From: Octopus vulgaris
Lineage: Eukaryota
Assembly: GCA_951406725.2 (NCBI GenBank)
Contig: OX597832.1
Span: forward strand, 25,854,001 to 25,918,000
DNA: 64,000 nucleotides
Reading direction: 5' to 3'
The position numbers were made by a program, and so were the translations under genes. The notes below the pieces were generated by a model that made no database searches, was not told the origin of the DNA, and saw only the letters and a program-made list of their open reading frames with translations. Of this stretch, positions 1 through 14,059 are shown in pieces (the stretch's first letter is position 1; the number at the start of each line of letters is the position of its first letter).

Positions 1-142
1 TTTACCTCTAGGAAGAACGCCAGAGAGATGGACAACCTAGTACTTTAGCTTTGGACTTTTCAGAATACGTTTGTTATCTATGAAATGTTCGAAATTCGAG
101 TACTAGGTTGTCCATTTATCTGGCGTTCTTCCTAGAGGTAAA
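1..142. repeat. Inverted repeat/hairpin (44-bp arms, ~54-nt spacer), MITE-like
   Basis: 1-44 tttacctctaggaagaacgccagagagatggacaacctagtact is the reverse complement of 99-142 with 2 mismatches; it may extend beyond the window start. Confidence 0.8.
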
Positions 143-332
143 TTGAAAATTCGCTGCCTACACACGTCTTTATATTTGCTCCTACACACATCTTTATATT
201 TGCTGCCTACACACATCTTTGCCTCTATACATTCAGTAAAACTTTACCTAGCGTCGAACGGTTATCAACTGCTATTTCCACCAAAAATAGGTACCTTTTT
301 GTGCCACTGTTTCCTATATATATATATGTTGT

Positions 333-1163
<831 letters not shown>

Positions 1164-1320
1164 CAACAAGTTGCTTAGCCACAAACCGAAAATTTAGAAA
1201 TAGCAGTCAATAACTGCTTGTTGCTATTTTCTACAAATATAGCTCCACATATAACATTTACTTGTAACTCACGTATGGAAAAAGAAGGGAAAATAACAAA
1301 AAACACACAGTCTTCGGTTA

Positions 1321-1379
1321 GTTGTGGACGCGTTTCTGGGTTAGAATTATAAAGAACTCATTCCCGTCTTCAGCACAAC
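1321..1379 (-). ncRNA. Minimal type-I hammerhead ribozyme motif (Penelope/retrozyme type)
   Basis: Minus strand: gttgtg-CTGAAGA-cggg...ccca-GAAA-cgcg-TC-cacaac; 6-bp helix I, palindromic mini helix III (acgcgt), GUC cleavage triplet; C.A mismatch at the base of helix II. Confidence 0.75.
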
Positions 1380-2345
1380 ATTCCATTAAGTTATAGATTT
1401 GCAAATGCTATTTACCTACGTCTTGCATCCCGATCCCGCGCCATCGGAGATGACAGGAGATAGTCAGCACAAACCAAATCCATATAGACGAATGAATTCG
1501 TATTTTCCCTCCAAAATTACCATGTGTGTTACAAAAAATAGCACCGCAGAAAGAGATGCCCCTTGTGCTTACCCAATGAAATGGGTGTATATGGGTAAAC
1601 GACAGGATATAAAAAATACAATCTGTCAACAGACTACGAGCTCGTTGTGAGCCAACAACACCCGTTTCGTGGAGCGAAGCACCGTCGCGATTGCAAAGTG
1701 AAATGAAACAGTTGTATGAAAGGCTCTCCCGGGTGGAATTTTATATCCGACCTGTAGGAAACGGATAGCATAAAGAATGGCCAAGTAGGATTGATTGGTA
1801 TTAAATATTTAGGTGCCTCCAACGATAGAAATATTCGACAAGAGATTAATGGCACCACACAACAATAACAGCAACCAATATATTATCACAGCTTTAGGTC
1901 ATTTGATGAGCAAATCAATGAAATACCCCGCCAACACAACCATATTACGGATACCATTTCCATTGGAAACAACTCTGTCGTTGTTCAAAATTGGCAGTCC
2001 AAACGCCGCATTTGCCAAAGTACTTATAAAAGACTATTATCCGACAACACAACCAACATTTATAAATATTCTGGCAACATCACCCATAGATCGATTAACT
2101 TAAATGCTAAACATAAGTCACTTCTCAGAGAATTATTGAGTAAAAGAGGTACAAGTATTGATAGCTTCCTACTACTCTTGTGGTAGTTGGGGTTTTTATT
2201 TTTATTTTACATATTATATTGGATTTAGATAATATTAAATTTACTCTTTTCGAAAACCCACTAAAATTATTTCATATTAATACGAATCCCAATCACACAT
2301 ACAATATTTAATCCCTTAATAAAACTTAATAAAAGTAGACATATA

Positions 2346-2482
2346 GACCCAGGCGTGGCTGTGTGGTAGGAAGCTTGCTTCCCAACCATATGGTTCTGGG
2401 TTCAACCCCACTGCGTGACATCTCGGGTCCACCAAATCCTTGTGAATGGATTTGGTAGACGGAAATCGAAAGAAGTTCGACA
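2346..2482 (+). mobile_element. SINE group B, 5' part
   Basis: gtggctgtgtggtag...gggttca..cccactgcgtg...ggatttggtagacggaaa, shared with other B copies. Confidence 0.75.
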
Positions 2483-3111
2483 TGTGTGTGTGTCGGTTAT
2501 TGTTTTCCCGGTGGTAGTGGTGATAGTGGTGGTGCTGGTGGTGCTGGTGCTGGTGCTGGTGGAGATGGTGTTGGTGCTGGTGGTGGCGCTGGTGGTGGTG
2601 GTGGTGGTGATGGTGGTGGAGGTAGTGATGGTGGTGATGAAGGTTGAAGGCGGTGATGTTACAACGGGAATTTTACTGACATGAAAAATAATACAAATCT
2701 AGATGATGTCAGCGTTTATTGTTGTTGTTCTTGTTGTTGTTGTTGTTGTTGTTGTTGTAAAATTATAATTTCGAAAAAGGTTTCTAAAAACAAATCGATT
2801 CCTTCCCTCTTCACCCACCCACCCACACCAACCCACTTCATAATATTCCGGACCCCGGAAAAAAGCAATTTAAATGTAAATAAAGTTTTATTTCGATATT
2901 AGGTTAATACAATTGGTCAAAATGAGGTCCGTCGATATTGATTTTGAGACAGGCAGACAGATAGACAGACACACAGATACACACACACATACACACATCT
3001 ACATACCTACACTAACATCCATATACGCCCTATATATATATATATAAATATATATATAAATGCATGTATATATTTACGTACAAATAGACATGCAGTTGTA
3101 CATACATACAC

Positions 3112-3157
<46 letters not shown>

Positions 3158-3164
3158 CTATATA

Positions 3165-3568
3165 CTTTTATTCTTTTACTTGTTTCAGTCATTTGACCGC
3201 GGTCCTGCTGGAGCACCGCCTTGAAATCTTTTAGTCGAACAAATCGACCCCGGACCAGTTTTAAAGCATAGTACTTATTCTATCGGTCCCTTTTGCCGAA
3301 CCGCTAAGTTACGGGGTGTAAACACAACAACACTAGTTGCCAAGTGGTGATGGGGTCACAAACACAGACATAAAGACACACACATCCACAGATATATACA
3401 TACAAATAACGGGCTTCTTTCAGTTTCCGTATCTACCAAATCCACTCACACGACTTTGGTCGGCATGAGTCTATAGTAGAAGACACTTGTTGAAGGTTCC
3501 ACGCAGTGGGACTGAACCCGGAACCATGTGGTTGGGAAGCAAGCTTCTTAGCACACAGCCACGCCTGC
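3165..3568 (-). mobile_element. SINE group B, full length
   Basis: Reverse complement of the copies at 31805-32225 and 43934-44405 (tRNA-like head; tail ggcggtgctccagca...gactgaaacaagtaaaag). Confidence 0.85.
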
Positions 3569-3819
3569 ATCTTAATATATATATATATATATATATATGA
3601 TACTTACACACACGCATATGCATACATGCACGCAGATATGCAATTATATGCACATGTGCGTGCGGGGGCGGGTTCATCCCTTTCTGGTTGGTACTTTGCT
3701 CCCTGCTCGCTCCTACCAGTTGTGAATTGCCATGGAAACTAGTAAACTAAGGAAAGTATCGGATGCTTACCCGGAGAATACATGCTTTCGAGTACGTGTG
3801 TGATGCAAACATTATATAC

Positions 3820-3917
<98 letters not shown>

Positions 3918-3975
3918 ATATGCATATATATATGTATATATATATGTTTGTGTGTATATATATTTATATATATAT

Positions 3976-4017
<42 letters not shown>

Positions 4018-4160
4018 TGTATCGTTCGTGTAATTAAGCTCCTCTTACAATGTAGAATAAATAAATAAACAGATAAAATAAAACAAACCGTAAAAGTAGC
4101 CACAGAAAAAAATCGATTTAAACTCTAACAGCATTGTCAACAAAACCTATAAGGAAACAT

Positions 4161-4256
<96 letters not shown>
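4161..4256. repeat. (TAG)n microsatellite
   Basis: Direct reading. Confidence 0.97.
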
Positions 4257-4533
4257 AAGCGATTGTAAACAAATTAGAACAATGCAAACTGTAGGGAAAC
4301 AAAAGAGGTTTTACAACCAACACCTTGGTAAGCTCTTAGGTCGTCATCACCATCGTCATCATCTTCATCATCATCATCATCGTCACTTTCGTCATTATCC
4401 TTTTCGTCATCATAATCTCACCATCAACAACATCATCATATTCGTCATCGTCATCCTCATCATCATCATTATCATTTTGGACAGTTGTATGGTTTTTTAA
4501 GTTTCAATATAATAGCTCCTATTGGCTTGTGTA

Positions 4534-4584
<51 letters not shown>

Positions 4585-5304
4585 GTGTTTCTGTGTTTGC
4601 GTGCGTGTGTGTGTGTGTGTAAATAATTTTTAGAGAAAGCACGAAGAACGGAAACGAAAGCGAAATTAAAATCTTAAAAACAATCGAACGTGTTTGTATG
4701 TTAAGCTTCAAGTGACCTTAACTATGGAACGAAATCAAAGACAATAATATTTATGTATTAAAAACAATATTTATCTTAAAAAATAATATTTTTAGATTAA
4801 AATTTTAAAAAAGTTACCTCTATGAAACAGAGATCTTACATAAGTTTCTAATGATCAAACTACTTGAAATTATTCCGGTGAAGATTTGTTTCGTTACTAT
4901 GCTGACCTCATCAGCATAGTATATACTTTAACATACATACAGAAGACGTGATGAAAGTATCACTAAACAAACGTACAGCAATGAGAATGTTTGGCGTAGG
5001 AAATTGGAAAAGCTGATTCTGGTTTCTGGAAGGTTCCAACGATTATCTTGTGAACATATTCACATATTCATGAGAGATTGGCAGACGATATGCAAAGCGT
5101 TAAAGAAGTTGATTCCAGCAAAAAAAAACCTCATAAACAATGCAGAGACTCATATTCTATTCTATATACATCGCATAAATATATATATATATATTCAAGG
5201 AACTGATAATACGAGGAAATGCATAAACAAATGCGTTCGCAACGCCATTACAGTGTCGGGACACATACATAGCCTTACACACAAACACACACACATAAAC
5301 ACAT

Positions 5305-5351
<47 letters not shown>

Positions 5352-5555
5352 AACATACTGAACAGAGCCATGTTAACACGTGTGGGCGGTAGAACGACTA
5401 ATATGCTGAACGTAGGAGAGGAAAACGGGAAAAATGAAGCGTACGCTCATGCATATGTGTCTATGTGCGTATGTGCATTTATGGACATACACGTGTGTAA
5501 TCACATACGGATACGTATACATATACATACATCATATACATATATATATATATAT

Positions 5556-5600
<45 letters not shown>

Positions 5601-5861
5601 CACGTATATAGATATATATATACATAAATTTATACACGCACATACATGCACATATATGTCTGTATAAGGTATGTATGTATTGATGTATATATGTATATGT
5701 ATACATTTATATATACACACATACATATATATATACATATATATACATATATATATATATACACATATATATATGTATATGTATTCATGTACATATATAT
5801 ATATACAAATATGTACATATATGTGTGCTTTTCTATGTGTATGCATATGTATGTGTGTGTG

Positions 5862-5950
<89 letters not shown>

Positions 5951-6871
5951 CGTCCTAGACACGCATAACAAATTAGATTTTCATCACGTAAAACATAAAA
6001 TGTATTTTCGTTTTCATCTCGAAAGTTGTTTGCTGAGCAGCGGAAGGACCCGGTGTCTTGGTTCTGTTAATTCCACCAGATTTCATAAAGAATAATGAGA
6101 GCAAATGAGACGATCGGTTTTGAAGAAGGGTCCGGGGTAGGAGTGAGAGCCTGCACGGATTCATGAAGGAGGAGGAGTCCGTCGTCGGTTGGGGCCAGAG
6201 GGAGAAGGAAAAATTCTGTCATCCTCGTCAGTATCATCAGCAATACCATTATCATCGTTCTGATTATGGTGAGCCCATGCTTTTCCTGATGATGACCGCG
6301 AGGAGGGAAGGAAAAGAAACGAAAATGATGAACCGTAGATGAGAAAGGGAATATGAAGGAGAGAAAGAGGGAGAGTTAAGCATAAAATGTGTCAGATGAA
6401 GAGAGGAGGGGAATCAGATGAAAAGTGGAGGAAAGTTGAGACCATGGTGCTGGAGAGGTAGGGGCAAGTGCGGCAGCGTTGGTGCATATCCTAATGGTTA
6501 AGATATGCTGGGGTCGTTTTCGCCCTTGGTCCCTGAATATAATTATATACATCCGTACATTATTATTAATCTAATATATAAATTGCCTATACATTTTTAT
6601 AGCATGCTGACTACCTGATAAACATCATTAACGTGATTTTTATCCTTATATTCTACATATATATATACATGGCGGGCTTCCTCGCGGTTTCTTCTTCCTA
6701 AATCCGTTCACCAAATATTGGTTGATTAGTAGGAGACACTCAACCAAGGAGATGTGGAGTGGGGCTGGACACGAAACCGTGTGTTGCAAAGTGAGCTTCT
6801 TAGACACACAGCTATACCCGTGCTCTATATGATTTATATATGTATACATATATATACATGTATATATATAT

Positions 6872-7258
6872 AGTACGTTTAAATAATTGTTGTGCAAGAT
6901 TTTTTATGTGAAATCGTGTGTTGAAACAGATATTGCTATATTTCGGAATGGTCATTTGCCAGTTTAGCCAATAAAAACACACGCACTATATATTTGGTGT
7001 TACTTTGCTTCAGTTTTATTTATTTTTTACATTAAGAAATACAAAATCGCTGACGGTTAGTAAGGAGAGACACAAATAAGAAAGAAGAAAACAAAGGACC
7101 ACTGATGCGGTCACAGGAGTGTGACGAAAGAACTCTGGCCGAAATAAGATTAAGATTAATGTAAAAAATAAATAACACTGAAGCAAAGTAACACCAAATA
7201 TATAGTCCGTGTGTTTTTATTGGCTAAACTGGCAAAATGACCATTCCGAAATGTAACT
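6872..7258 (-). mobile_element. Fold-back element family D (probable non-autonomous Penelope-like derivative)
   Basis: Arms ~6929-7033 and ~7158-7258 are inverted, with a unique tail at 6872-6928; homologous to 29514-29909 and 57423-57610; flanked by TA repeats. Confidence 0.75.
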
Positions 7259-7269
7259 ATATATATATA

Positions 7270-7378
7270 GTTAATCCAAACAAGAAAACACAGAAAAAAA
7301 ACACAGAAAAAAACACAGCAACGTGAGGACGTGGAACAATTAAAGTATTATCTGACGCTCAGGAAAGAAGGGAAGGAG

Positions 7379-7380
<2 letters not shown>
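7270..7380. mobile_element. Short TA-embedded element family E, fragment
   Basis: gttaatccaaac...gaggacgtggaac...gacgctcaggaaag shared with 34746-34910 and 43076-43267. Confidence 0.7.
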
Positions 7381-7447
<67 letters not shown>

Positions 7448-7785
7448 AGGCGCAGGCATGGCTGTGTGGTAAGAAGCTTGCATCCCAACCACCTGTTTTT
7501 CTGGGTTCAGTCCCACTGCGTGACACCTTCGGCAAGTGTCTTCTACTGTAACCTTGGGCAGACCAAAGCCTTGTAAATGGATTTGGTAGTCGGAAATTGA
7601 AAGGAGTCAGCCGTGTGTGCGTTTCTCTCTCACTGTCGCTTGGCAAGCAATATTTGGGTTTTTACTTTCTCGTAACTTAGCAGTTCGGTAAAAGTGAACC
7701 TATAGAATAAGTATCAATCTTATAGAAATTCTCCAAGGAGGTACCCCAGCATGGCCGCAGTCTAATGACTGAAACCAGTAAAATA
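7448..7785 (+). mobile_element. SINE group B
   Basis: ggcgcaggcatggctgtgtggtaagaagc head and ccagcatggccgcagtctaatgactgaaac tail. Confidence 0.8.
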
Positions 7786-8441
7786 TAAAAAGCATTAAAT
7801 ATTGTTGCTACACTTTCCTGATTGTTTGTTGGTTTGTGTGTTTGTTTTTTCTGTTGATGTGCGCCATATTTCGTTATTTCTTAACCTCTCACGTAACATA
7901 ATTTGTATTTTCAATGAGAATAGCAAACAACGACATAAATAGTAAAAAAACAAAACTATTCAAAATAAATAAAAGAAACAATGATATCAATCTATTGATT
8001 AGTACTATCAATTAATTTAATTTCTCGTTTTATGAGCGGTTAAGCATACACGACAATAAAAAATATATATCTTCCTCTTCAACAAATCTTTCCTATGTGT
8101 ATTTATTTCCTTATGTCAGTTCTCTCCCTTCCTTTCCCTCTTTTCTGCTTTGTCTTCCATGTTTTTTGCCGTTTTCGTTTGCAGTTTTTTTCCCCCTCCT
8201 ACCTCTTTTCAACAGATAAAATAAATTTAAACTCAGTAATAAATGGAACTTAATTCAATATTGTGCTTCACTGTGCGAAATGACGACGATGTTGACAATT
8301 CTTTTAGGAGAAAATTTCCTATTCGTAACAAATTACGTTTACATATGTTGCATTCAAATACAGAAATAAAAGATATGTTTTGTTTAGATAAACTGAGAAA
8401 TGTATAGGAGTTATAAGAGATAGACGACGGGTTTTAACACT

Positions 8442-8531
<90 letters not shown>

Positions 8532-8682
8532 TGTATGTATGTATACAGTCTCACACACATGTGTGGGTATACACATATATACATTCATATGTGTATGTAT
8601 ATCTCGTTGTATCGCTCACTGTTTCACATATACACACAAGCTATCATTGATAAACACAAACACACACCACACAAACACACAT

Positions 8683-8738
<56 letters not shown>

Positions 8739-8921
8739 AATCGAAATCAGGCAGCGTCGGCTCATATCGAAACTAAATACTTAAAATAATTTAGTGAAAT
8801 CATCTCCCGTTTCAGTGTGCGCATGCTCATTTGCATCATAACCAGTCCTGCCCGTGGCCGTCACCTGCCTAACACTTCAGCTCTAGGTCATCCTGAGTTC
8901 ACACGAATTTATAAATATTTA

Positions 8922-9195
8922 AGGCGGTGAGCTGGCAGAAATGTTAGCACACCGGGTGAAATGTTTCGTCCCTCTTTACGTTCTGAGTTCAAATTCCGCC
9001 GAGGTCGACTTTGCCTTTCATCCTTTCGGGATAGACAAATTATGTACCAGTTACGCACTGGGGGTCGATGTAATCGACTTAATCCGTCTGTCTGTCCTTG
9101 TTTGTCCCCTCTGTGTTTAACCCCTTGTGGGCGTACCGGGGTAGATCTAATCGACTGGCCCCAAAAATGTCGGGCCTTGTGTCTAGAGTAGAAAA
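8922..9195 (+). mobile_element. tRNA-derived SINE group C
   Basis: ggcggtgagctggcagaa...gagttcaaattcc (B box)...ggtcgactttgcctttcatcctttcggg...gtaccag central domain, resembling the MetaSINE core as I recall it. Confidence 0.85.
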
Positions 9196-9224
9196 GAATT
9201 TATGAATATTTATAAATATTGAAT

Positions 9225-9434
9225 TTAAATTTTGGCAAAAAACCAGCAGTTCCGGGAAAGAGATCAATTCGATTACTTCGAACCTAGTTTTCAACTGGTA
9301 CTTATTTTATCGACCACGAAAGGAGGAAAGTCAAAGTCAATCTCTGTGGGATTCGAACTCAAGACGAAAAGACAGATGAAATGCCGTTAAGCATTTTGTC
9401 CGGCGTACTAAGGATTCTGCCAACGCGTCCCCTT
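9225..9434 (-). mobile_element. SINE group C, older and diverged, inverted relative to its neighbour
   Basis: ctggtacttattttatcgaccacgaaagga..aaagtcaaagtcaa...ttcgaactc is the reverse complement of the C core. Confidence 0.75.
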
Positions 9435-9730
9435 ACACGAATGTATAAATATTGACGAGGAGAATAATTAAGGGCTCTTGTTAATGTCTTCGAAGACTGA
9501 ATCACATGACGCAGGAATGTCTATGTCGTAAAACACGTAGATTCGTCCTTTAATTTGGAGGTCTCTGAAACCTCTTTCACTTATATTTTCAAATAACCGT
9601 TATAGCCTTTAGTTATAGTTAACACCTAACTGGACTCATATCTCTTTTTCTCATAAGACTAAATATGAATCTCCTAGATTCTATTCTGCTATCTCCTTTC
9701 TCAAGTCCTTTGTAAACATTTCGTTTATAC

Positions 9731-9846
9731 TTCTTGCACTGAAGAGTACAGTGATATATAATTAATTTAATTAATTTAATTAATTCAATTCAACCGTGAA
9801 TTTGCATGATTTTTATATCTCTGTACGAAACGATCGTCTGCATGAA
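9731..9846 (+). ncRNA. Minimal type-I hammerhead ribozyme motif
   Basis: ttcttgca-CTGAAGA-GTACAG...CTGTAC-GAAA-cgatcg-TC-tgcatgaa; all core nucleotides intact, palindromic helix III (acgatcgt), GUC triplet, long AT-rich helix II loop. Confidence 0.85.
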
Positions 9847-9959
9847 TTGAAATTCTCTTATGTATTTTAACATCTCCATTTTTAACGAAATTGTTGAGTT
9901 TTGTGGGATTTCTTTCCATAAATTCACAACACATCATATACATATATATATATATATAT

Positions 9960-10310
9960 ATTAGAAGGTTTGGAGGTGATGTACAGGTATTATATATTAG
10001 AAGAAATAAGGTAATCAGAAATCTGGATGGTTTTACATTTACAGATTACTATTGATATGTCACATGTTTTTATAAATCGTATATTAGCGCTTGCATCTAC
10101 TCTGTAGTATCTTCAGATTCTACTAGAGTAAATGCAAGGACCTAGAACTATGAGAGCTTGGATTTCAAGGGTCTATGGCTATATCACATTCTGTTAGTTT
10201 CAGAGATTTGAGAAGTCCAGATGTGGAGGTCTTTAAATATCCCAGTACCTCAATAATTACAGGTATAGACCTAAACTTGTAATCTGGATAGAGTAGCAAT
10301 TTATGATTGT
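9960..10310 (-). mobile_element. TA-embedded element family G (Penelope-like terminus) with degenerate hammerhead
   Basis: 9960-10090 matches the fold-back at 29155-29398; minus strand ~10081-10120 reads CTGAAGA-tactac-aga-gtagat-GCAA-gcgc-TA. Confidence 0.55.
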
Positions 10311-10490
10311 ATATATGTTGGTACGTATGTATGTATTATGTATAAATCCATGTATCTATGTGTATCTATCTATCTATCTCTTTTACTCTTTTACTTCTTT
10401 CAGTCATTTGACTGTGGCCATGCTGTAGCACCGCCTTTAGTCGAGCAAATCGACCTCAGGACTTATGTACCTCCACACACACGCACACAC

Positions 10491-10547
<57 letters not shown>

Positions 10548-10901
10548 GTACAGTATCTGCGGTATAGATAGGGGGTCGACTGGTTTAAGAGCTGTTTCAA
10601 TAATCATGTCAAGATACCATATCGTGTGATATTTATTAATTTAATATCATAATTATTTGCCATGAGTGGATTCTTATTTACAGCTCACCGCATAATTAGT
10701 GTCAAAATCGTGCATCGATGTATAGCATGGTTATATCCAAGTTCATGAATACACCATGGCATAAGTAGTTATTGACATGTGTGTAATCACAAAACACAAA
10801 TGCATACAAGTGCAAGTCAAATATCACACACGTACACATTTATGTGTTTGAACGTGTATGCACATGCAACTACACACAAAACCACCCCCACCCACACATA
10901 C

Positions 10902-10950
<49 letters not shown>

Positions 10951-10951
<1 letters not shown>

Positions 10952-11060
10952 TAGCAGTATCGCCCGGCGTTGCTCAGGTTTGTAAGGGAAATAATATAAA
11001 GCATTTTTAGAGAGTTATAGCCAAAAAATAGCAAAAAATACATGGAAAAAAATGATAAAT
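10951..11060 (-). mobile_element. Helitron-type 3' terminus (non-autonomous fragment)
   Basis: Minus strand ends cctgagcaacgccggg (GC-rich imperfect hairpin)-cgatactg-CTAG followed by T, the canonical Helitron 3' end. Confidence 0.65.
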
Positions 11061-11120
11061 ATATTTGAAATATACATGTATATCGATATATGTGAATTCA
11101 CGTGAATAGATATATTCACA

Positions 11121-11600
<480 letters not shown>

Positions 11601-11824
11601 TAGATAGGTAATTATGTATATATACATGTGTGTATAGTGTGTGTGTGTGTATGCTTGTTTGTACGTGTGTTTTTATATGTCTGTGTGTTTATGTGCGTGT
11701 ATGTGTGTGTGTTGGCTGGCCAATACGAATCTCCGATTGTACTGGAATTCGAGATCGAAGATTATTTTACCCTAATCGAGCGAATTTTCTCCTTGGGGAC
11801 AGTCATGAACTTATAACCACCAGA

Positions 11825-11891
<67 letters not shown>

Positions 11892-12254
11892 ACACGCACA
11901 CATGCATACAAATGTGTGGTGGGAAGCCTCCCACGACAACGGATCAATTCGTAATTAGTTAAGTTACAAGTTTCGGTATCAATATGAACAGACTATGTCC
12001 ATGTGTATCTGCGCGCGCACCTGTGTGTGTGTGTGTGTGTGTGTAAGATTGTACGCATACCTACCTACTAATTTTCCTGAAGTAGTTTTTGATACTTAAG
12101 GTGAGACTAATGCCAACAGTTAAATTGATGGTCTCTTTACGCTGACAACTAGTAATAATTACTATACTGTTTATGATTCATTTTAGCCCCTTATTCTGAG
12201 AGAAAAGTTAGTAATAACATAATCAAATATGGGTGCTAATATATAAATATATTA

Positions 12255-12256
12255 CT

Positions 12257-12324
<68 letters not shown>

Positions 12325-12329
12325 CATCA

Positions 12330-12396
<67 letters not shown>

Positions 12397-12569
12397 CATC
12401 ATCATCATTATTATTATTATTACTTTTTTTTCTTCTTTCAAATTTGCTTCCATTTCTTGCCGAGTGTCTTCCCGACTCCTAGGGCAAAGAAACTCATTGT
12501 ATACATCGGTAGGCCATTAAACCAAACTCAATAGTTCGTTCATTTTTTTTTTTTTAAGTTAAATTAAAA

Positions 12570-12633
<64 letters not shown>

Positions 12634-12646
12634 TTCATCATCATCA

Positions 12647-12715
<69 letters not shown>

Positions 12716-12827
12716 CACTATTATTATTATTATTACTATTATTATTATCACTATTATTATTATTATTACTATTATTATTACTATTATTATTATTATTGTT
12801 ATTGTTATTGTTACTGTTATTATTATT
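12255..12827. repeat. (TTA)n/(TCA)n microsatellites (two tracts)
   Basis: Direct reading. Confidence 0.95.
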
Positions 12828-12858
12828 GCAGTGAGCTGGCAGAGCTGTTAGCACGCCG

Positions 12859-13033
12859 GGTACTTGTAATCCGAAATCTGTCTACGTTGGCAAAACCCGA
12901 CAAAATTAAGAAAAACTAGCAAAAGCAGGGCGAACGAACAGTTCACAGTCAATGCATTAGGCTCTCAAGGAAAGGAAGAGCCATCAACATTTCAGAGAGA
13001 TTCTTCTTCGTCAAGATGTACAGAAGAAATGAA
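12859..13033 (+). repeat. Local ~175-bp direct duplication of 14060-14234
   Basis: ggtacttgtaatccgaaatctgtctacg...gatgtacagaagaaatgaa occurs twice, 1201 bp apart, with about six substitutions. Confidence 0.92.
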
Positions 13034-13193
13034 TACGCCACTGGCCCCAATGTTATCTCGCATTATTATTAAAGTTTTCGAATAATGCAGCCCTGCTGAC
13101 TTGGCGGGCAAGCCATTTCTATATATACATAGATGAATACACTTATCTACAAACGCATATGTGCGCGTGTGTGTGTGTAGGTATATATGTGTG

Positions 13194-13238
<45 letters not shown>

Positions 13239-13243
13239 GTATA

Positions 13244-13443
13244 AAGGCGGCGAGCTGGCAGAAACGTTAGCACGCCGGGCGAAATGCGTAGCCGTATTTC
13301 GTCTGCCGTTACGTCCTGAGTTCAAATTCCTCCGTGGTCGACTTTGCCTTTCATCCTTTCGGGGTCTATTAAATAAGTACCAGTTACCCACTGGGGTCGA
13401 TGTAATCGACTTAATCCGTTTAGCCCCTTGTGGGTAGTAAAGA

Positions 13444-13447
<4 letters not shown>
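13244..13447 (+). mobile_element. SINE group C
   Basis: aaggcggcgagctggcagaaacgttagcacgccgggcg ... gtgggtagtaaagaaata. Confidence 0.9.
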
Positions 13448-13540
<93 letters not shown>

Positions 13541-13865
13541 CCCCATTTCTTTAATTAGAAAATCTTTATTGTCTCTCTTCCGTTATTCCTCCCTCTCACA
13601 ACCTTACAGCAGTCTGGAACAACCAAATCTTAGTCAGTTGATGGGCTCCACTACCTCAAATGTTCTTAAAATTTTAATCTACATCTTTGTCTATATATCT
13701 ACCTTCTCTATAATGTTGCCACTTGATATGAAAATTTTTGTATTTAATGGAAAACCTCTATAATCAGCATCTTAAATATTTTGTAATACTTACAACATTT
13801 AATAAAATGATGTAGTACGAAACGATCGTACCAAATTACCGGAGTCATTCTTGTTGCTTATTTTG

Positions 13866-13959
<94 letters not shown>

Positions 13960-14059
13960 TATGTGTGTGTGTTTGTGTTACATGGTTGGCAAACTAATTA
14001 GTAATTAACAACACAATAAGCTTAACAGGAAGAACTTGTCCTAATTTCATAGAAATTAA

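Noticed and set aside
4880-4925. CTGATGA...GAAA on the minus strand inside the hairpin actatgctga/tcagcatagt
   Set aside because: Helix I cannot form and helix II is poor; not counted as a hammerhead
8815-8840. tgcgcatgc and octamer atttgcat motifs
   Set aside because: Short motifs expected by chance; no promoter evidence
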